Source: Escherichia coli
GTDB lineage: Bacteria; Pseudomonadota; Gammaproteobacteria; Enterobacterales; Enterobacteriaceae
DNA: 64,000 bases
Reading direction: 5' to 3' (one strand)
NCBI RefSeq assembly: GCF_016903815.1
Contig: NZ_CP069973.1
This document shows positions 1 to 12,090 of the stretch, in pieces. A program made the translations under genes and the position numbers. Numbering within the stretch: position 1 is the first letter of the stretch; each line of letters begins with the position of its first letter. The notes beneath the pieces were generated by a model. That model made no database searches, was not told where the DNA came from, and worked only from the letters and a program-made list of their open reading frames with translations.

Positions 1-309
1 CATGCGGGTCTGAACGGCGATATTCTGGTATGGAACCCGGTACTGGAAGATGCGTTTGAGCTTTCTTCCATGGGGATCCGCGTGGATGCCGATACGTTGA
101 AGCATCAGCTGGCGCTGACCGGTGATGAAGATCGTCTGCAGCTGGAGTGGCATCAGGCGCTGCTGCGCGGTGAAATGCCGCAGACCATCGGCGGCGGTAT
201 CGGCCAGTCTCGTTTGACCATGCTGCTGCTGCAACTGCCGCATATCGGCCAGGTTCAGTGTGGTGTATGGCCGGCAGCTGTTCGCGAGAGCGTCCCTTCT
301 CTGCTGTAA
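1..309 (+). CDS. asnA: aspartate-ammonia ligase, 3' fragment (5' end lies outside the window)
   Basis: Reading frame is open from position 1 and ends at TAA 307..309; the translated C-terminus ([23 protein letters not shown]...[15 protein letters not shown]) is recognised as AsnA; position convergent with viaA as in K-12. Confidence 0.9.
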
Positions 310-313
310 TTGT

Positions 314-1765
314 TTATCGCCGCCAGCGTCTGAGCAGGCGGCTTCGCATCCCGGTATCAAAGCGCCAGATATGATCGAAAATGCGCATGATGCCGGGTTT
401 GCCATGTGCCGACATCGCCACGGCATGAAAGCGATGCTGATGTACCCGCTGCAACTCTTTCACTTTGCTCGTCACGTCGTCAGGCAACCGCTGGGCGATA
501 AAATCAGAAATCACCACCGCATCGGCGTCAAACCACTCCCGACTTTGCAAGCGTTCCATAATGGCGCGAAAACAACTGGCCAGATCGGTGCCGCCACGAA
601 ACTGCTGACTTAAAAAGCGGATCGCTTGTTCGATGCCTTGTGGGCCTGAAAGCTCATAACGGACGATCTCGGTGGAAAATAGCATAATATAGCAGCGCCG
701 GTTTTCAGCGAGAGCAATGCGCATCAAGGCCAGGCAGAACGCTTTCGCACACTGTTCATTAAAGCCGCCCATTGAGCCGGAAGTATCCACACAGACAATA
801 AACGGTCCGCGCGGCTGTTCGTCGTAATCTTTATGTACCACCGGACGTTCGATCACTTTTTCTCGCCACGACTCACCGTGCAGGCGATAGGTGAGCAACT
901 GTTTTTCCACCAGCCGACGGTAAAACTCATACTCCAGTTCTGTTATCCCTAGTGTCGCCAGTTCTGGCGGCAGGAGACGTAAAATATCATCGCTTTGTTG
1001 CAGACCATCAACCTGCTCAGGAACCGTCGCCGGTTCGCGCACCATGGTGCGGAAGGTTTCCATCTGCGCATCGTTGCGCGGTATTGATTTGGCTTCCCGG
1101 GAACGCCCCAGCTGTTCTGCCAGGCGTTTCAGTTCCGGCTGTTCGTTAAGAAATTCACCGTATTTCACAATCAACTGATAGTCGCCACGTTTAAGCTGAC
1201 CGGCGCTCATATCCCACAGACGACCAGCTGCGGTATTGTTATCTGCGAGAATCGGTTCAAGTTGTCCGCTCAGCGTCATGCGTTCCTGAACTTCACTCAA
1301 CAGTTGTTCGCGTTCTTCTTCTAATAGCTGTTGATTTAACGTCGTTGCTTGCACGATCAGACTTAAACGCCAACGCTGGAGAAAAAGCGTGTGTAACGCT
1401 GAAGTGATCGTGCTGTTAGCATCAACCAACTGTCGGGCTTGTTCTGCCCATGGGGAATTCAGACGATGCAGTAAGTCCAGGATCTGTGGTAGCTGCACAA
1501 TAAACTGCGGCGTGGAGAGGAGCTGGCTTTGCTGATAGCACATCACCTCTTCGGTGAGTTCCGGCGGGACTCGGGCATCTTTCAGCCGACTGCGCAGCGC
1601 CTCACGCCAGCGGGGAACATCATCAGTGATTGCCGCCTTCAGTCGTGGGAATTTTTCAAAGAAGACTGCCAGCTGCGGTGAGGCCAGCAGCGCGATGATC
1701 ATCTCTTCGATCAATCCCTCTTCGCTGACGGCCAGCATCACATTAAGCGTATCCAGCGTTAGCAT
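314..1765 (-). CDS. viaA: VWA-domain protein ViaA
   Basis: 483-aa ORF; overlaps the ravA stop by 7 bp (operon ravA-viaA); C-terminal half carries a von Willebrand A-like segment ([13 protein letters not shown]). Confidence 0.93.
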
Positions 1766-3255
1766 TGTTGTGCCTGGCGAATCTGTGCGCCGACATCCTG
1801 TAGGCTGGCTTCAATGCGACCTAACCAGTCGCCAGGGATAAACAGACATTTTTGCTGTTCGCTGAATAAAGCGTGTTGCTTGCGCCAGTCGCTTTCAAGC
1901 TCTTCCAGTTGTTGTTTTATTTCACCTGGCAGACCTTCAGCCGATGAACCGGGAAGTGCCAACGTACTGCCTTGTAAACTTACATCGCGTACAACAAGAT
2001 GTTGGGCGCTATCCACTTCCAGATTCAATTTCTGAGCAAAGCCGATACCGTTCAGTTTGCCGCGAATTTCACCACCTTTACTCAGCCACTGTTCCAGCGC
2101 GTTACGCTCAAAGGAGATATGAACCACTTCCATATCATGCAGTTTTAACGGTTTTTGCAGCAGCAGAGTCAGAGTGGAAGCAGTAACGTTAACAGGGAGT
2201 TGATACTGCTGACGACGGCTGAAAATGCCGCCCAGACGAATTACCGTTAAGGCTGTTTTATCGCTTTGTTGCTGCTGTAGTTGCAGGTGACGTTGCACAA
2301 TCGCGCCCAGGCGGGTCAACATCCCTTGCTGTTGCCAGGCATGACCGGTCATCAATACATCAATTTGTTGTTGTATCAAATTCAGGCTTTGCGCGTCATA
2401 CCACAGGCAATCTTTCAGCAAAATGAGATCAACCGGGGCAACAGCACTGCGACCGTTAAAAAAGGCGCTGGCCTGCAATAAGCGGATCGCTTTTTTCCAG
2501 CGACGATCCGAGACATAAGGCGCATCCGGTAATTTATCCAGTTGCTGGCGCAGCATAAAAATCAGCTCAAATACATGATCGGGCAGCGTAATTTCACCAA
2601 TCTCTTTCTGCCAGCGTTCATATTCTTCATCTGTGACCTGCAAGGAGGCAGGAACCGGATTGTCGTTTTCATCCTGTTGACTGGTCAGCATGGAGCGGAA
2701 ATTCGCTTTATCCTGCACTTTATCTAACCACAGACGAATCAGCATGCGGTCATATAACGCTTCCAGACTGCTGTCTGCTTCCGGCAGCTCGTTGGAGGCC
2801 GCCACCAGCAGGCGCATCGGGATTTTTTCTACGTGTGCACCGTTGCGGAACTGGCGCTCGTTAATGGCGGTGAGCAAGGTATTAAGAATTGCCGGGCCCG
2901 CTTTCCAGATCTCATCCAGAAAGACGATTTCTGCTTCCGGCAGGTAACCGCTGGTTAAACGTTCATAGCGCCCTTCATCTTTTAGCGCCTGAATAGAAAG
3001 GGGACCAAAAACCTCTTCCGGCGTGGAGAAGCGGGTCATCAGATATTCAAACGCGCGGGCATTCTGAAAGGCGAATTTTAAGCGCCGGGCGATCAAACTT
3101 TTGGCAATGCCTGGCGGGCCAAGGAGGAACACACTTTCACCACTTAATGCCGCTAATAAACACAAGCGGATGGCGTGGCTACGTTCATAAAGCCCCTTTT
3201 CCAACGAACTGCTCAGGCGGGAAATTCTTTCCGCTAATAAATGAGGGTGAGCCAT
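1759..3255 (-). CDS. ravA: AAA+ MoxR-family ATPase RavA
   Basis: ORF 1759..3279; Walker A motif GPPGIAKS; start placed at the internal ATG (3253..3255) giving [14 protein letters not shown], the recognised RavA N-terminus, 498 aa. Confidence 0.92.
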
Positions 3256-3477
3256 AATGAAGTGGCGTCCTTTCGTCAAAAGTTCTGCGTAAATTGCGAG
3301 TATAGACGTTTCTTGCTGGTGGCTAAAATAGTCTCAAAGGGGGGGTATTTTTCTTTGAGCCAGGTTAATGTGGCCGCATTTAGGAGTACGATTTTGCCGT
3401 TAATCGTGCATACTGTGCGCTTTTTTGTGGGCCAAGGGACTAAGCACACATTTCATATTTCAACGAAAGACTAGTCT

Positions 3478-5346
3478 ATGAGCACTGATAATAAGCAATC
3501 ATTGCCCGCGATTACCCTCGCGGCGATTGGAGTTGTCTACGGCGATATTGGTACCAGCCCGTTATATACACTTCGTGAATGTTTGTCCGGCCAGTTTGGT
3601 TTTGGCGTTGAACGCGATGCCGTGTTTGGCTTTTTATCGCTGATCTTCTGGCTGCTAATCTTTGTGGTTTCCATTAAATATCTCACCTTCGTGATGCGGG
3701 CAGATAACGCCGGTGAAGGGGGGATCCTGACGTTGATGTCGCTTGCCGGGCGTAATACGTCGGCGCGAACCACATCAATGCTGGTGATTATGGGGCTAAT
3801 CGGCGGCAGCTTTTTCTATGGTGAAGTCGTCATAACACCCGCTATTTCGGTGATGTCAGCCATTGAAGGTCTGGAAATCGTCGCCCCGCAGCTGGATACC
3901 TGGATAGTTCCCCTCTCAATCATCGTTCTCACTTTACTATTTATGATTCAAAAACATGGCACGGCTATGGTCGGTAAGCTGTTTGCGCCGATCATGCTGA
4001 CCTGGTTTTTGATTCTGGCAGTACTGGGGTTACGTAGCATTATTGCTAACCCGGAAGTGCTGCATGCGCTGAATCCGATGTGGGCGGTGCATTTCTTCCT
4101 TGAATACAAAACGGTTTCTTTTATTGCATTAGGGGCAGTGGTGCTGTCGATTACGGGGGTCGAGGCGCTGTATGCTGATATGGGGCACTTTGGTAAGTTC
4201 CCTATTCGCCTGGCGTGGTTCACCGTCGTATTACCTTCCTTGACCCTTAATTACTTCGGTCAGGGAGCGTTGTTGTTAAAGAACCCGGAAGCGATTAAGA
4301 ACCCGTTCTTCCTGTTGGCACCGGACTGGGCGCTGATCCCGCTGCTGATCATCGCCGCACTGGCGACGGTAATTGCCTCGCAGGCGGTTATCTCTGGCGT
4401 CTTCTCATTGACGCGTCAGGCGGTACGTCTGGGATATTTGTCGCCGATGCGCATTATTCACACCTCCGAAATGGAGTCAGGGCAAATCTATATTCCGTTT
4501 GTGAACTGGATGCTCTATGTCGCGGTCGTGATTGTGATTGTCAGCTTTGAGCACTCCAGCAACCTGGCGGCGGCGTACGGGATTGCGGTGACCGGAACCA
4601 TGGTGCTGACGTCTATTCTCTCGACTACCGTGGCGCGTCAGAACTGGCACTGGAATAAGTATTTTGTTGCGCTGATCCTGATTGCTTTCCTTTGTGTCGA
4701 TATTCCATTGTTCACCGCTAACCTCGATAAACTGCTCTCCGGCGGCTGGTTGCCATTGAGCCTCGGTACGGTGATGTTTATCGTGATGACCACCTGGAAG
4801 AGCGAACGTTTCCGTTTGCTGCGGCGGATGCATGAACATGGTAACTCTCTGGAGGCGATGATTGCTTCGCTGGAGAAATCACCGCCCGTTCGCGTGCCCG
4901 GGACCGCGGTGTATATGTCGCGTGCAATCAACGTCATTCCCTTTGCGCTGATGCATAACCTTAAACATAACAAGGTATTGCATGAGCGGGTGATTCTGTT
5001 AACTCTGCGCACCGAAGACGCGCCTTATGTCCATAACGTCCGTCGGGTACAGATTGAACAACTGTCGCCCACGTTCTGGCGCGTGGTGGCAAGTTATGGT
5101 TGGCGAGAAACGCCAAACGTGGAAGAAGTATTCCACCGCTGCGGTCTGGAAGGATTAAGTTGCCGGATGATGGAAACCTCCTTCTTTATGTCGCATGAGT
5201 CGTTGATCCTCGGCAAACGCCCGTGGTATTTGCGTCTGCGCGGCAAGCTGTACTTGCTGCTGCAACGTAATGCGCTGCGTGCGCCGGATCAATTTGAAAT
5301 CCCACCAAACAGGGTTATCGAACTGGGTACTCAGGTTGAAATCTAA
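3478..5346 (+). CDS. kup: KUP-family potassium uptake transporter
   Basis: 622-aa ORF rich in hydrophobic transmembrane segments; N-terminal [13 protein letters not shown] motif typical of Kup/TrkD. Confidence 0.96.
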   Translation: MSTDNKQSLPAITLAAIGVVYGDIGTSPLYTLRECLSGQFGFGVERDAVFGFLSLIFWLLIFVVSIKYLTFVMRADNAGEGGILTLMSLAGRNTSARTTSMLVIMGLIGGSFFYGEVVITPAISVMSAIEGLEIVAPQLDTWIVPLSIIVLTLLFMIQKHGTAMVGKLFAPIMLTWFLILAVLGLRSIIANPEVLHALNPMWAVHFFLEYKTVSFIALGAVVLSITGVEALYADMGHFGKFPIRLAWFTVVLPSLTLNYFGQGALLLKNPEAIKNPFFLLAPDWALIPLLIIAALATVIASQAVISGVFSLTRQAVRLGYLSPMRIIHTSEMESGQIYIPFVNWMLYVAVVIVIVSFEHSSNLAAAYGIAVTGTMVLTSILSTTVARQNWHWNKYFVALILIAFLCVDIPLFTANLDKLLSGGWLPLSLGTVMFIVMTTWKSERFRLLRRMHEHGNSLEAMIASLEKSPPVRVPGTAVYMSRAINVIPFALMHNLKHNKVLHERVILLTLRTEDAPYVHNVRRVQIEQLSPTFWRVVASYGWRETPNVEEVFHRCGLEGLSCRMMETSFFMSHESLILGKRPWYLRLRGKLYLLLQRNALRAPDQFEIPPNRVIELGTQVEI

Positions 5347-5387
5347 CGCCAGACGCCTCCTTTCTCCATAAGGGGGCGTTTTTTGTG

Positions 5388-6095
5388 CACAGAAAACCCC
5401 CAGCTAGGCTGGGGGTTCCGGAAAGCTTTCAGCTTTGAGCCAGTTATTAAAACCCCTTTTGATTTGTTAAAACACCTTGCGGTCTGGCAACTGCAAGTGT
5501 CAAACAAGAAATCAAAAGGGGGTCCCAATGGGGAACGAAAAGAGCTTAGCGCACACCCGATGGAACTGTAAATATCACATAGTTTTTGCGCCAAAATACC
5601 GAAGACAGGTGTTCTACAGAGAGAAGCGTAGAGCAATAGGCAGTATTTTGAGAAAGCTGTGTGAGTGGAAAAGCGTACGGATTCTGGAAGCTGAATGCTG
5701 TGCAGATCATATCCATATGCTTGTGGAGATCCCGCCCAAAATGAGCGTATCCGGGTTTATGGGATATCTGAAAGGGAAAAGCAGTCTGATGCTTTACGAG
5801 CAGTTTGGTGATTTGAAATTCAAATACAGGAACAGGGAGTTCTGGTGCAGAGGGTACTACGTCGATACAGTGGGTAAGAACACGGCGAAGATACAGGATT
5901 ACATAAAGCACCAGCTTGAAGAGGATAAAATGGGAGAGCAGTTATCGATTCCCTATCCGGGCAGCCCGTTTACGGGCCGTAAGTAACGAAGTTGGATGCA
6001 AATGTCAGATCGTGTGCGCCTGTTAGGGCGCGGCTGGTAAGAGAGCCTTATAGGCGCATTTGAAAAACCTCCGGCTATGCCGGAGGATATTTATT
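5388..6095 (+). mobile_element. IS200 insertion sequence (IS200/IS605 family, tnpA-only); boundaries approximate
   Basis: Contains a Y1/HuH transposase gene; a perfect palindrome AAAACCCCCAGCTAGGCTGGGGGTT at 5392..5416 matches the characteristic IS200 left-end hairpin; kup-rbsD spacer is about 875 bp, far longer than expected for K-12; ends set by the expected ~0.7 kb size, not by exact repeat mapping. Confidence 0.7.
5528..5986 (+). CDS. tnpA: IS200 transposase TnpA (Y1 HuH transposase)
   Basis: 152-aa product from the internal ATG (MGNEKSLAHTRWNCKYHIVFAPKYRR...HIHMLVEIPPKMSVS...); HxH motif (HIHML) present; near-identical to the Salmonella IS200 TnpA as I recall it. Confidence 0.93.
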   Translation: MGNEKSLAHTRWNCKYHIVFAPKYRRQVFYREKRRAIGSILRKLCEWKSVRILEAECCADHIHMLVEIPPKMSVSGFMGYLKGKSSLMLYEQFGDLKFKYRNREFWCRGYYVDTVGKNTAKIQDYIKHQLEEDKMGEQLSIPYPGSPFTGRK

Positions 6096-6190
6096 TTCAT
6101 GGTTAATCACCATGTAAAACGTTTCGAGGTTGATCACATTTCCGTAACTTCACGATGGTTTTCCCAACTCAGTCAGGATTAAACTGCGGG

Positions 6191-6210
6191 TCAGCGAAAC
6201 GTTTCGCTGA
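6191..6210 (+). promoter_or_regulatory. RbsR operator (perfect 20-bp palindrome) at the rbsD promoter
   Basis: TCAGCGAAACGTTTCGCTGA is a perfect inverted repeat 12 bp upstream of the rbsD ATG; matches the known LacI-family RbsR operator position. Confidence 0.8.
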
Positions 6211-6221
6211 TGGAGAAAAAA

Positions 6222-6641
6222 ATGAAAAAAGGCACCGTTCTTAATTCTGATATTTCATCGGTGATCTCCCGACTGGGACATACCGATACGCTGGTGGTGT
6301 GTGATGCAGGTTTACCCATCCCCAAAAGTACAACGCGTATCGATATGGCATTAACCCAGGGTGTACCTTCTTTTATGCAGGTGCTGGGCGTCGTCACAAA
6401 TGAAATGCAGGTCGAGGCAGCCATTATCGCGGAAGAGATCAAACAACATAATCCGCAACTCCACGAAACGTTGCTCACTCACCTTGAGCAGCTGCAAAAA
6501 CACCAGGGAAATACCATTGAAATTCGTTACACCACGCATGAACAATTCAAACAACAAACCGCAGAAAGTCAGGCGGTAATTCGCAGCGGAGAATGTTCTC
6601 CGTATGCGAATATCATTCTCTGTGCTGGCGTGACGTTCTGA
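6222..6641 (+). CDS. rbsD: D-ribose pyranase
   Basis: ORF 6210..6641; start set at the ATG giving [22 protein letters not shown] (139 aa), the recognised RbsD N-terminus; first gene of the rbs operon. Confidence 0.93.
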
Positions 6642-6648
6642 GGCCGTC

Positions 6649-8154
6649 ATGGAAGCATTACTTCAGCTTAAAGGCATCGATAAAGCCTTCCCGGGCGTAA
6701 AAGCCCTCTCGGGTGCAGCGTTAAATGTCTATCCTGGCCGCGTGATGGCGCTGGTGGGCGAAAACGGTGCGGGTAAATCCACCATGATGAAAGTGCTTAC
6801 GGGTATCTATACTCGCGATGCCGGTACGCTTTTATGGCTGGGGAAAGAAACGACGTTTACCGGGCCGAAATCTTCCCAGGAAGCCGGGATTGGGATTATC
6901 CATCAGGAACTGAACCTGATCCCGCAGTTGACCATTGCCGAAAACATTTTCCTCGGTCGTGAGTTTGTTAATCGCTTTGGCAAAATTGACTGGAAAACCA
7001 TGTATGCCGAAGCGGATAAATTGCTGGCTAAACTTAACCTGCGCTTTAAAAGCGACAAGTTAGTGGGCGATCTTTCCATCGGTGACCAGCAAATGGTTGA
7101 AATAGCCAAAGTGCTGAGCTTTGAGTCGAAAGTCATCATTATGGATGAACCGACCGATGCGCTGACCGATACCGAAACCGAATCCTTGTTCCGCGTCATC
7201 CGCGAGCTGAAATCGCAAGGCCGCGGTATTGTCTATATTTCCCACCGCATGAAAGAAATCTTCGAGATTTGCGATGACGTTACCGTTTTTCGTGATGGGC
7301 AATTTATTGCTGAGCGTGAAGTAGCATCACTGACCGAAGATTCGCTGATTGAGATGATGGTGGGCCGCAAGCTGGAAGATCAATATCCGCACCTGGACAA
7401 AGCGCCAGGAGATATTCGCCTGAAAGTCGATAATCTCTGCGGACCTGGCGTTAACGATGTCTCTTTTACTTTACGCAAAGGCGAAATTCTTGGCGTCTCT
7501 GGTTTGATGGGCGCAGGTCGTACCGAACTGATGAAAGTGCTCTACGGCGCACTGCCGCGCACCAGCGGTTACGTCACCCTGGATGGGCATGAAGTTGTTA
7601 CCCGTTCACCGCAGGATGGCCTGGCAAACGGCATTGTGTATATCTCCGAAGACCGTAAACGTGACGGTTTAGTGCTGGGCATGTCAGTAAAAGAGAATAT
7701 GTCGCTGACCGCGCTGCGCTACTTCAGCCGCGCTGGCGGCAGTTTGAAGCATGCCGATGAACAGCAGGCAGTAAGTGATTTCATTCGTCTGTTTAATGTG
7801 AAAACGCCGTCGATGGAACAGGCAATTGGTCTGCTTTCCGGTGGCAATCAGCAAAAAGTGGCGATTGCCCGTGGTCTGATGACACGCCCCAAAGTGTTGA
7901 TCCTCGATGAGCCTACCCGTGGCGTAGATGTCGGCGCGAAAAAAGAGATCTATCAACTGATTAACCAGTTCAAAGCCGATGGCTTGAGCATCATTCTGGT
8001 GTCATCGGAGATGCCAGAAGTATTAGGCATGAGCGATCGCATCATCGTCATGCATGAAGGGCATCTCAGCGGGGAATTTACTCGTGAGCAGGCCACCCAG
8101 GAAGTGTTAATGGCTGCCGCTGTGGGCAAGCTTAATCGCGTGAATCAGGAGTAA
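6649..8154 (+). CDS. rbsA: ribose ABC transporter ATP-binding protein (duplicated ABC domains)
   Basis: 501-aa ORF with two Walker A sites (GENGAGKST; GLMGAGRTE) and ABC signature (LSGGNQQKV). Confidence 0.96.
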
Positions 8155-8158
8155 AAAA

Positions 8159-9124
8159 ATGACAACCCAGACTGTCTCTGGTCGCCGTTATTTCACGAAA
8201 GCGTGGCTGATGGAGCAGAAATCGCTTATCGCTCTGCTGGTGCTGATCGCGATTGTCTCGACGTTAAGCCCGAACTTTTTCACCATCAATAACTTATTCA
8301 ATATTCTCCAGCAAACCTCGGTGAACGCCATTATGGCAGTCGGGATGACGCTGGTGATCCTGACGTCGGGCATCGACTTGTCGGTAGGTTCTCTATTGGC
8401 GCTGACCGGCGCAGTTGCTGCATCTATCGTTGGCATTGAAGTCAATGCGCTGGTGGCTGTCGCTGCCGCTCTCGCGTTAGGTGCCGCAATTGGTGCGGTA
8501 ACCGGGGTGATTGTAGCGAAAGGTCGCGTCCAGGCGTTTATCGCTACGCTGGTTATGATGCTTTTACTGCGCGGCGTGACCATGGTTTATACCAACGGTA
8601 GCCCAGTGAATACCGGCTTTACTGAGAACGCCGATCTGTTTGGCTGGTTTGGGATCGGTCGTCCGCTGGGCGTACCGACGCCAGTCTGGATCATGGGGAT
8701 TGTGTTCCTCGCGGCCTGGTACATGCTGCATCACACGCGTTTGGGGCGTTACATCTACGCGCTGGGCGGCAACGAAGCGGCAACGCGTCTTTCTGGTATC
8801 AACGTCAATAAAATCAAAATCATCGTCTATTCTCTTTGTGGTCTGCTGGCATCGCTGGCCGGGATCATTGAAGTGGCGCGTCTCTCCTCCGCACAACCCA
8901 CGGCGGGGACTGGCTATGAGCTGGATGCTATTGCTGCGGTGGTTCTGGGCGGTACGAGTCTGGCGGGCGGAAAAGGTCGCATTGTTGGGACGTTGATCGG
9001 CGCATTAATTCTTGGCTTCCTTAATAATGGATTGAATTTGTTAGGTGTTTCCTCCTATTACCAGATGATCGTCAAAGCGGTGGTGATTTTGCTGGCGGTG
9101 CTGGTAGACAACAAAAAGCAGTAA
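8159..9124 (+). CDS. rbsC: ribose ABC transporter permease
   Basis: 321-aa hydrophobic ORF immediately after rbsA. Confidence 0.95.
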   Translation: MTTQTVSGRRYFTKAWLMEQKSLIALLVLIAIVSTLSPNFFTINNLFNILQQTSVNAIMAVGMTLVILTSGIDLSVGSLLALTGAVAASIVGIEVNALVAVAAALALGAAIGAVTGVIVAKGRVQAFIATLVMMLLLRGVTMVYTNGSPVNTGFTENADLFGWFGIGRPLGVPTPVWIMGIVFLAAWYMLHHTRLGRYIYALGGNEAATRLSGINVNKIKIIVYSLCGLLASLAGIIEVARLSSAQPTAGTGYELDAIAAVVLGGTSLAGGKGRIVGTLIGALILGFLNNGLNLLGVSSYYQMIVKAVVILLAVLVDNKKQ

Positions 9125-9148
9125 TAACGACTACAGGACATCTTGAAT

Positions 9149-10036
9149 ATGAACATGAAAAAACTGGCTACCCTGGTTTCCGCTGTTGCGCTAAGCGCCA
9201 CCGTCAGTGCGAATGCGATGGCAAAAGACACCATCGCGCTGGTGGTCTCCACGCTTAACAACCCGTTCTTTGTATCGCTGAAAGATGGCGCGCAGAAAGA
9301 GGCGGATAAACTTGGCTATAACCTGGTGGTGCTGGACTCCCAGAACAACCCGGCGAAAGAGCTGGCGAACGTGCAGGACTTAACCGTTCGCGGCACCAAA
9401 ATTCTGCTGATTAACCCGACCGACTCCGACGCAGTAGGTAATGCTGTGAAGATGGCTAACCAGGCGAACATCCCGGTTATCACTCTTGACCGCCAGGCAA
9501 CGAAAGGTGAAGTGGTGAGCCACATTGCATCTGATAACGTACTGGGCGGCAAAATCGCCGGTGATTACATCGCGAAGAAAGCGGGTGAAGGTGCCAAAGT
9601 TATCGAGCTGCAAGGCATTGCCGGTACATCCGCAGCCCGTGAACGTGGCGAAGGTTTCCAGCAGGCCGTTGCTGCTCACAAGTTTAATGTTCTTGCCAGC
9701 CAGCCTGCAGATTTTGATCGCACCAAAGGTTTGAACGTAATGCAGAACCTGTTGACCGCTCATCCGGATGTTCAGGCTGTATTCGCGCAGAATGATGAAA
9801 TGGCGCTTGGCGCGCTGCGCGCACTGCAAACTGCCGGTAAATCGGATGTGATGGTCGTCGGATTTGACGGTACACCGGATGGCGAAAAAGCGGTGAATGA
9901 TGGCAAACTAGCAGCGACTATCGCTCAGCTACCCGATCAGATTGGCGCGAAAGGCGTCGAAACCGCAGATAAAGTGCTGAAAGGCGAGAAAGTTCAGGCT
10001 AAGTATCCGGTTGATCTGAAACTGGTTGTTAAGTAG
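9149..10036 (+). CDS. rbsB: periplasmic ribose-binding protein
   Basis: ORF 9143..10036; signal peptide ([23 protein letters not shown]) followed by a periplasmic binding-protein fold sequence. Confidence 0.95.
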   Translation: MNMKKLATLVSAVALSATVSANAMAKDTIALVVSTLNNPFFVSLKDGAQKEADKLGYNLVVLDSQNNPAKELANVQDLTVRGTKILLINPTDSDAVGNAVKMANQANIPVITLDRQATKGEVVSHIASDNVLGGKIAGDYIAKKAGEGAKVIELQGIAGTSAARERGEGFQQAVAAHKFNVLASQPADFDRTKGLNVMQNLLTAHPDVQAVFAQNDEMALGALRALQTAGKSDVMVVGFDGTPDGEKAVNDGKLAATIAQLPDQIGAKGVETADKVLKGEKVQAKYPVDLKLVVK

Positions 10037-10164
10037 TAGTTTTAATCAGGTTGTATGACCTGATGGTGACATAAATACGTCATCGACAGATGAACGTGTA
10101 ATATAAAGAAAAGCAGGGCACGCGCCACCCTAACACGGTGGCGCATTTTATGGACATCCCGAAT

Positions 10165-11094
10165 ATGCAAAACGCAGGCAGCCTCGTTGTTCTTGGCAGC
10201 ATTAATGCTGACCACATTCTTAATCTTCAATCTTTTCCTACTCCAGGCGAAACCGTAACCGGTAACCACTATCAGGTTGCATTTGGCGGCAAAGGCGCTA
10301 ATCAGGCTGTGGCTGCTGGGCGTAGCGGTGCGAATATCGCGTTTATTGCCTGTACGGGTGATGACAGTATTGGTGAGAGCGTTCGCCAGCAGCTCGCCAC
10401 TGATAACATCGATATTACTCCGGTCAGCGTGATCAACGGCGAATCAACAGGTGTGGCGCTGATTTTTGTTAATGGCGAAGGTGAGAATGTCATCGGTATT
10501 CATGCCGGCGCTAATGCTGCCCTTTCCCCGGCGCTGGTGGAAGCGCAACGTGAGCGTATTGCCAACGCGTCAGCATTATTAATGCAGCTGGAATCACCAC
10601 TCGAAAGTGTGATGGCAGCGGCGAAAATCGCCCATCAAAATAAGACTATCGTTGCGCTTAACCCGGCTCCGGCTCGCGAACTTCCTGACGAACTGCTGGC
10701 GCTGGTGGACATTATTACGCCAAACGAAACGGAAGCAGAAAAGCTCACCGGTATTCGTGTTGAAAATGATGAAGATGCAGCGAAGGCGGCGCAGGTACTG
10801 CATGAAAAAGGTATCCATACTGTACTGATTACTTTAGGAAGTCGTGGTGTATGGGCTAGCGTGAATGGTGAAGGTCAGCGCGTTCCTGGATTCCGGGTGC
10901 AGGCTGTCGATACCATTGCTGCCGGAGATACCTTTAACGGCGCGTTAATCACGGCGTTGCTGGAAGAAAAACCATTGCCAGAGGCGATTCGGTTTGCCCA
11001 TGCTGCCGCTGCGATTGCCGTAACACGTAAAGGCGCACAACCTTCCGTACCGTGGCGTGAAGAGATCGACGCATTTTTAGACAGGCAGAGGTGA
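10165..11094 (+). CDS. rbsK: ribokinase
   Basis: ORF 10138..11094; start set at the ATG giving MQNAGSLVVLGSINADHIL; PfkB-family motifs (GGKGANQA; DTIAAGDTFNGA). Confidence 0.94.
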   Translation: MQNAGSLVVLGSINADHILNLQSFPTPGETVTGNHYQVAFGGKGANQAVAAGRSGANIAFIACTGDDSIGESVRQQLATDNIDITPVSVINGESTGVALIFVNGEGENVIGIHAGANAALSPALVEAQRERIANASALLMQLESPLESVMAAAKIAHQNKTIVALNPAPARELPDELLALVDIITPNETEAEKLTGIRVENDEDAAKAAQVLHEKGIHTVLITLGSRGVWASVNGEGQRVPGFRVQAVDTIAAGDTFNGALITALLEEKPLPEAIRFAHAAAAIAVTRKGAQPSVPWREEIDAFLDRQR

Positions 11095-11097
11095 TGC

Positions 11098-12090
11098 TTG
11101 GCTACAATGAAAGATGTTGCCCGCCTGGCGGGCGTTTCTACCTCAACAGTTTCTCACGTTATCAATAAAGATCGCTTCGTCAGTGAAGCGATTACCGCCA
11201 AAGTTGAAGCGGCGATTAAAGAACTCAATTACGCGCCATCAGCCCTGGCGCGTAGCCTCAAACTCAATCAAACACATACCATTGGCATGTTGATCACTGC
11301 CAGTACCAATCCTTTCTATTCAGAACTGGTGCGTGGCGTTGAACGCAGCTGCTTCGAACGCGGTTATAGTCTCGTCCTTTGCAATACTGAAGGCGATGAA
11401 CAGCGGATGAATCGCAATCTGGAAACGCTGATGCAAAAACGCGTTGATGGCTTGCTGTTACTGTGCACCGAAACGCATCAACCTTCGCGTGAAATCATGC
11501 AACGTTATCCGACAGTGCCTACTGTGATGATGGACTGGGCTCCGTTCGATGGCGACAGCGATCTTATTCAGGATAACTCGTTGCTGGGCGGAGACTTAGC
11601 AACGCAATATCTGATCGATAAAGGTCATACCCGTATCGCCTGTATTACCGGTCCGCTGGATAAAACTCCGGCGCGCCTGCGGTTGGAAGGTTATCGGGCG
11701 GCGATGAAACGTGCGGGTCTCAACATTCCTGATGGCTATGAAGTCACTGGTGATTTTGAATTTAACGGCGGGTTTGACGCCATGCGCCAACTGTTATCAC
11801 ATCCGCTGCGTCCTCAGGCCGTCTTTACCGGAAATGACGCTATGGCTGTTGGCGTTTACCAGGCGCTGTATCAGGCAGAGTTACAGGTTCCGCAGGATAT
11901 CGCGGTGATTGGCTATGACGATATCGAACTGGCAAGCTTTATGACGCCACCATTAACCACTATCCACCAACCGAAAGATGAACTGGGGGAGCTGGCGATT
12001 GATGTACTCATCCATCGGATAACCCAGCCGACCCTTCAGCAACAACGATTACAACTTACTCCGATTCTGATGGAACGCGGTTCGGCTTAG
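11098..12090 (+). CDS. rbsR: LacI-family ribose operon repressor
   Basis: 330-aa ORF; N-terminal HTH ([21 protein letters not shown]); last gene of the rbs operon. Confidence 0.95.

Noticed and set aside
3241-3474. 77-aa ORF spanning the ravA-kup intergenic region; similar 68-aa ORF at 40415..40621 between rho and wecA
   Set aside because: Both overlap promoter/terminator sequence, have no convincing RBS and odd composition; most likely non-coding regulatory DNA.
5343-5911. Antisense ORFs overlapping IS200 tnpA (5343..5636 and 5546..5911, minus strand)
   Set aside because: They overlap the clearly recognisable tnpA frame and show no independent coding signal; IS200 is known to carry antisense RNA regulation, but nothing in the sequence supports a protein here.
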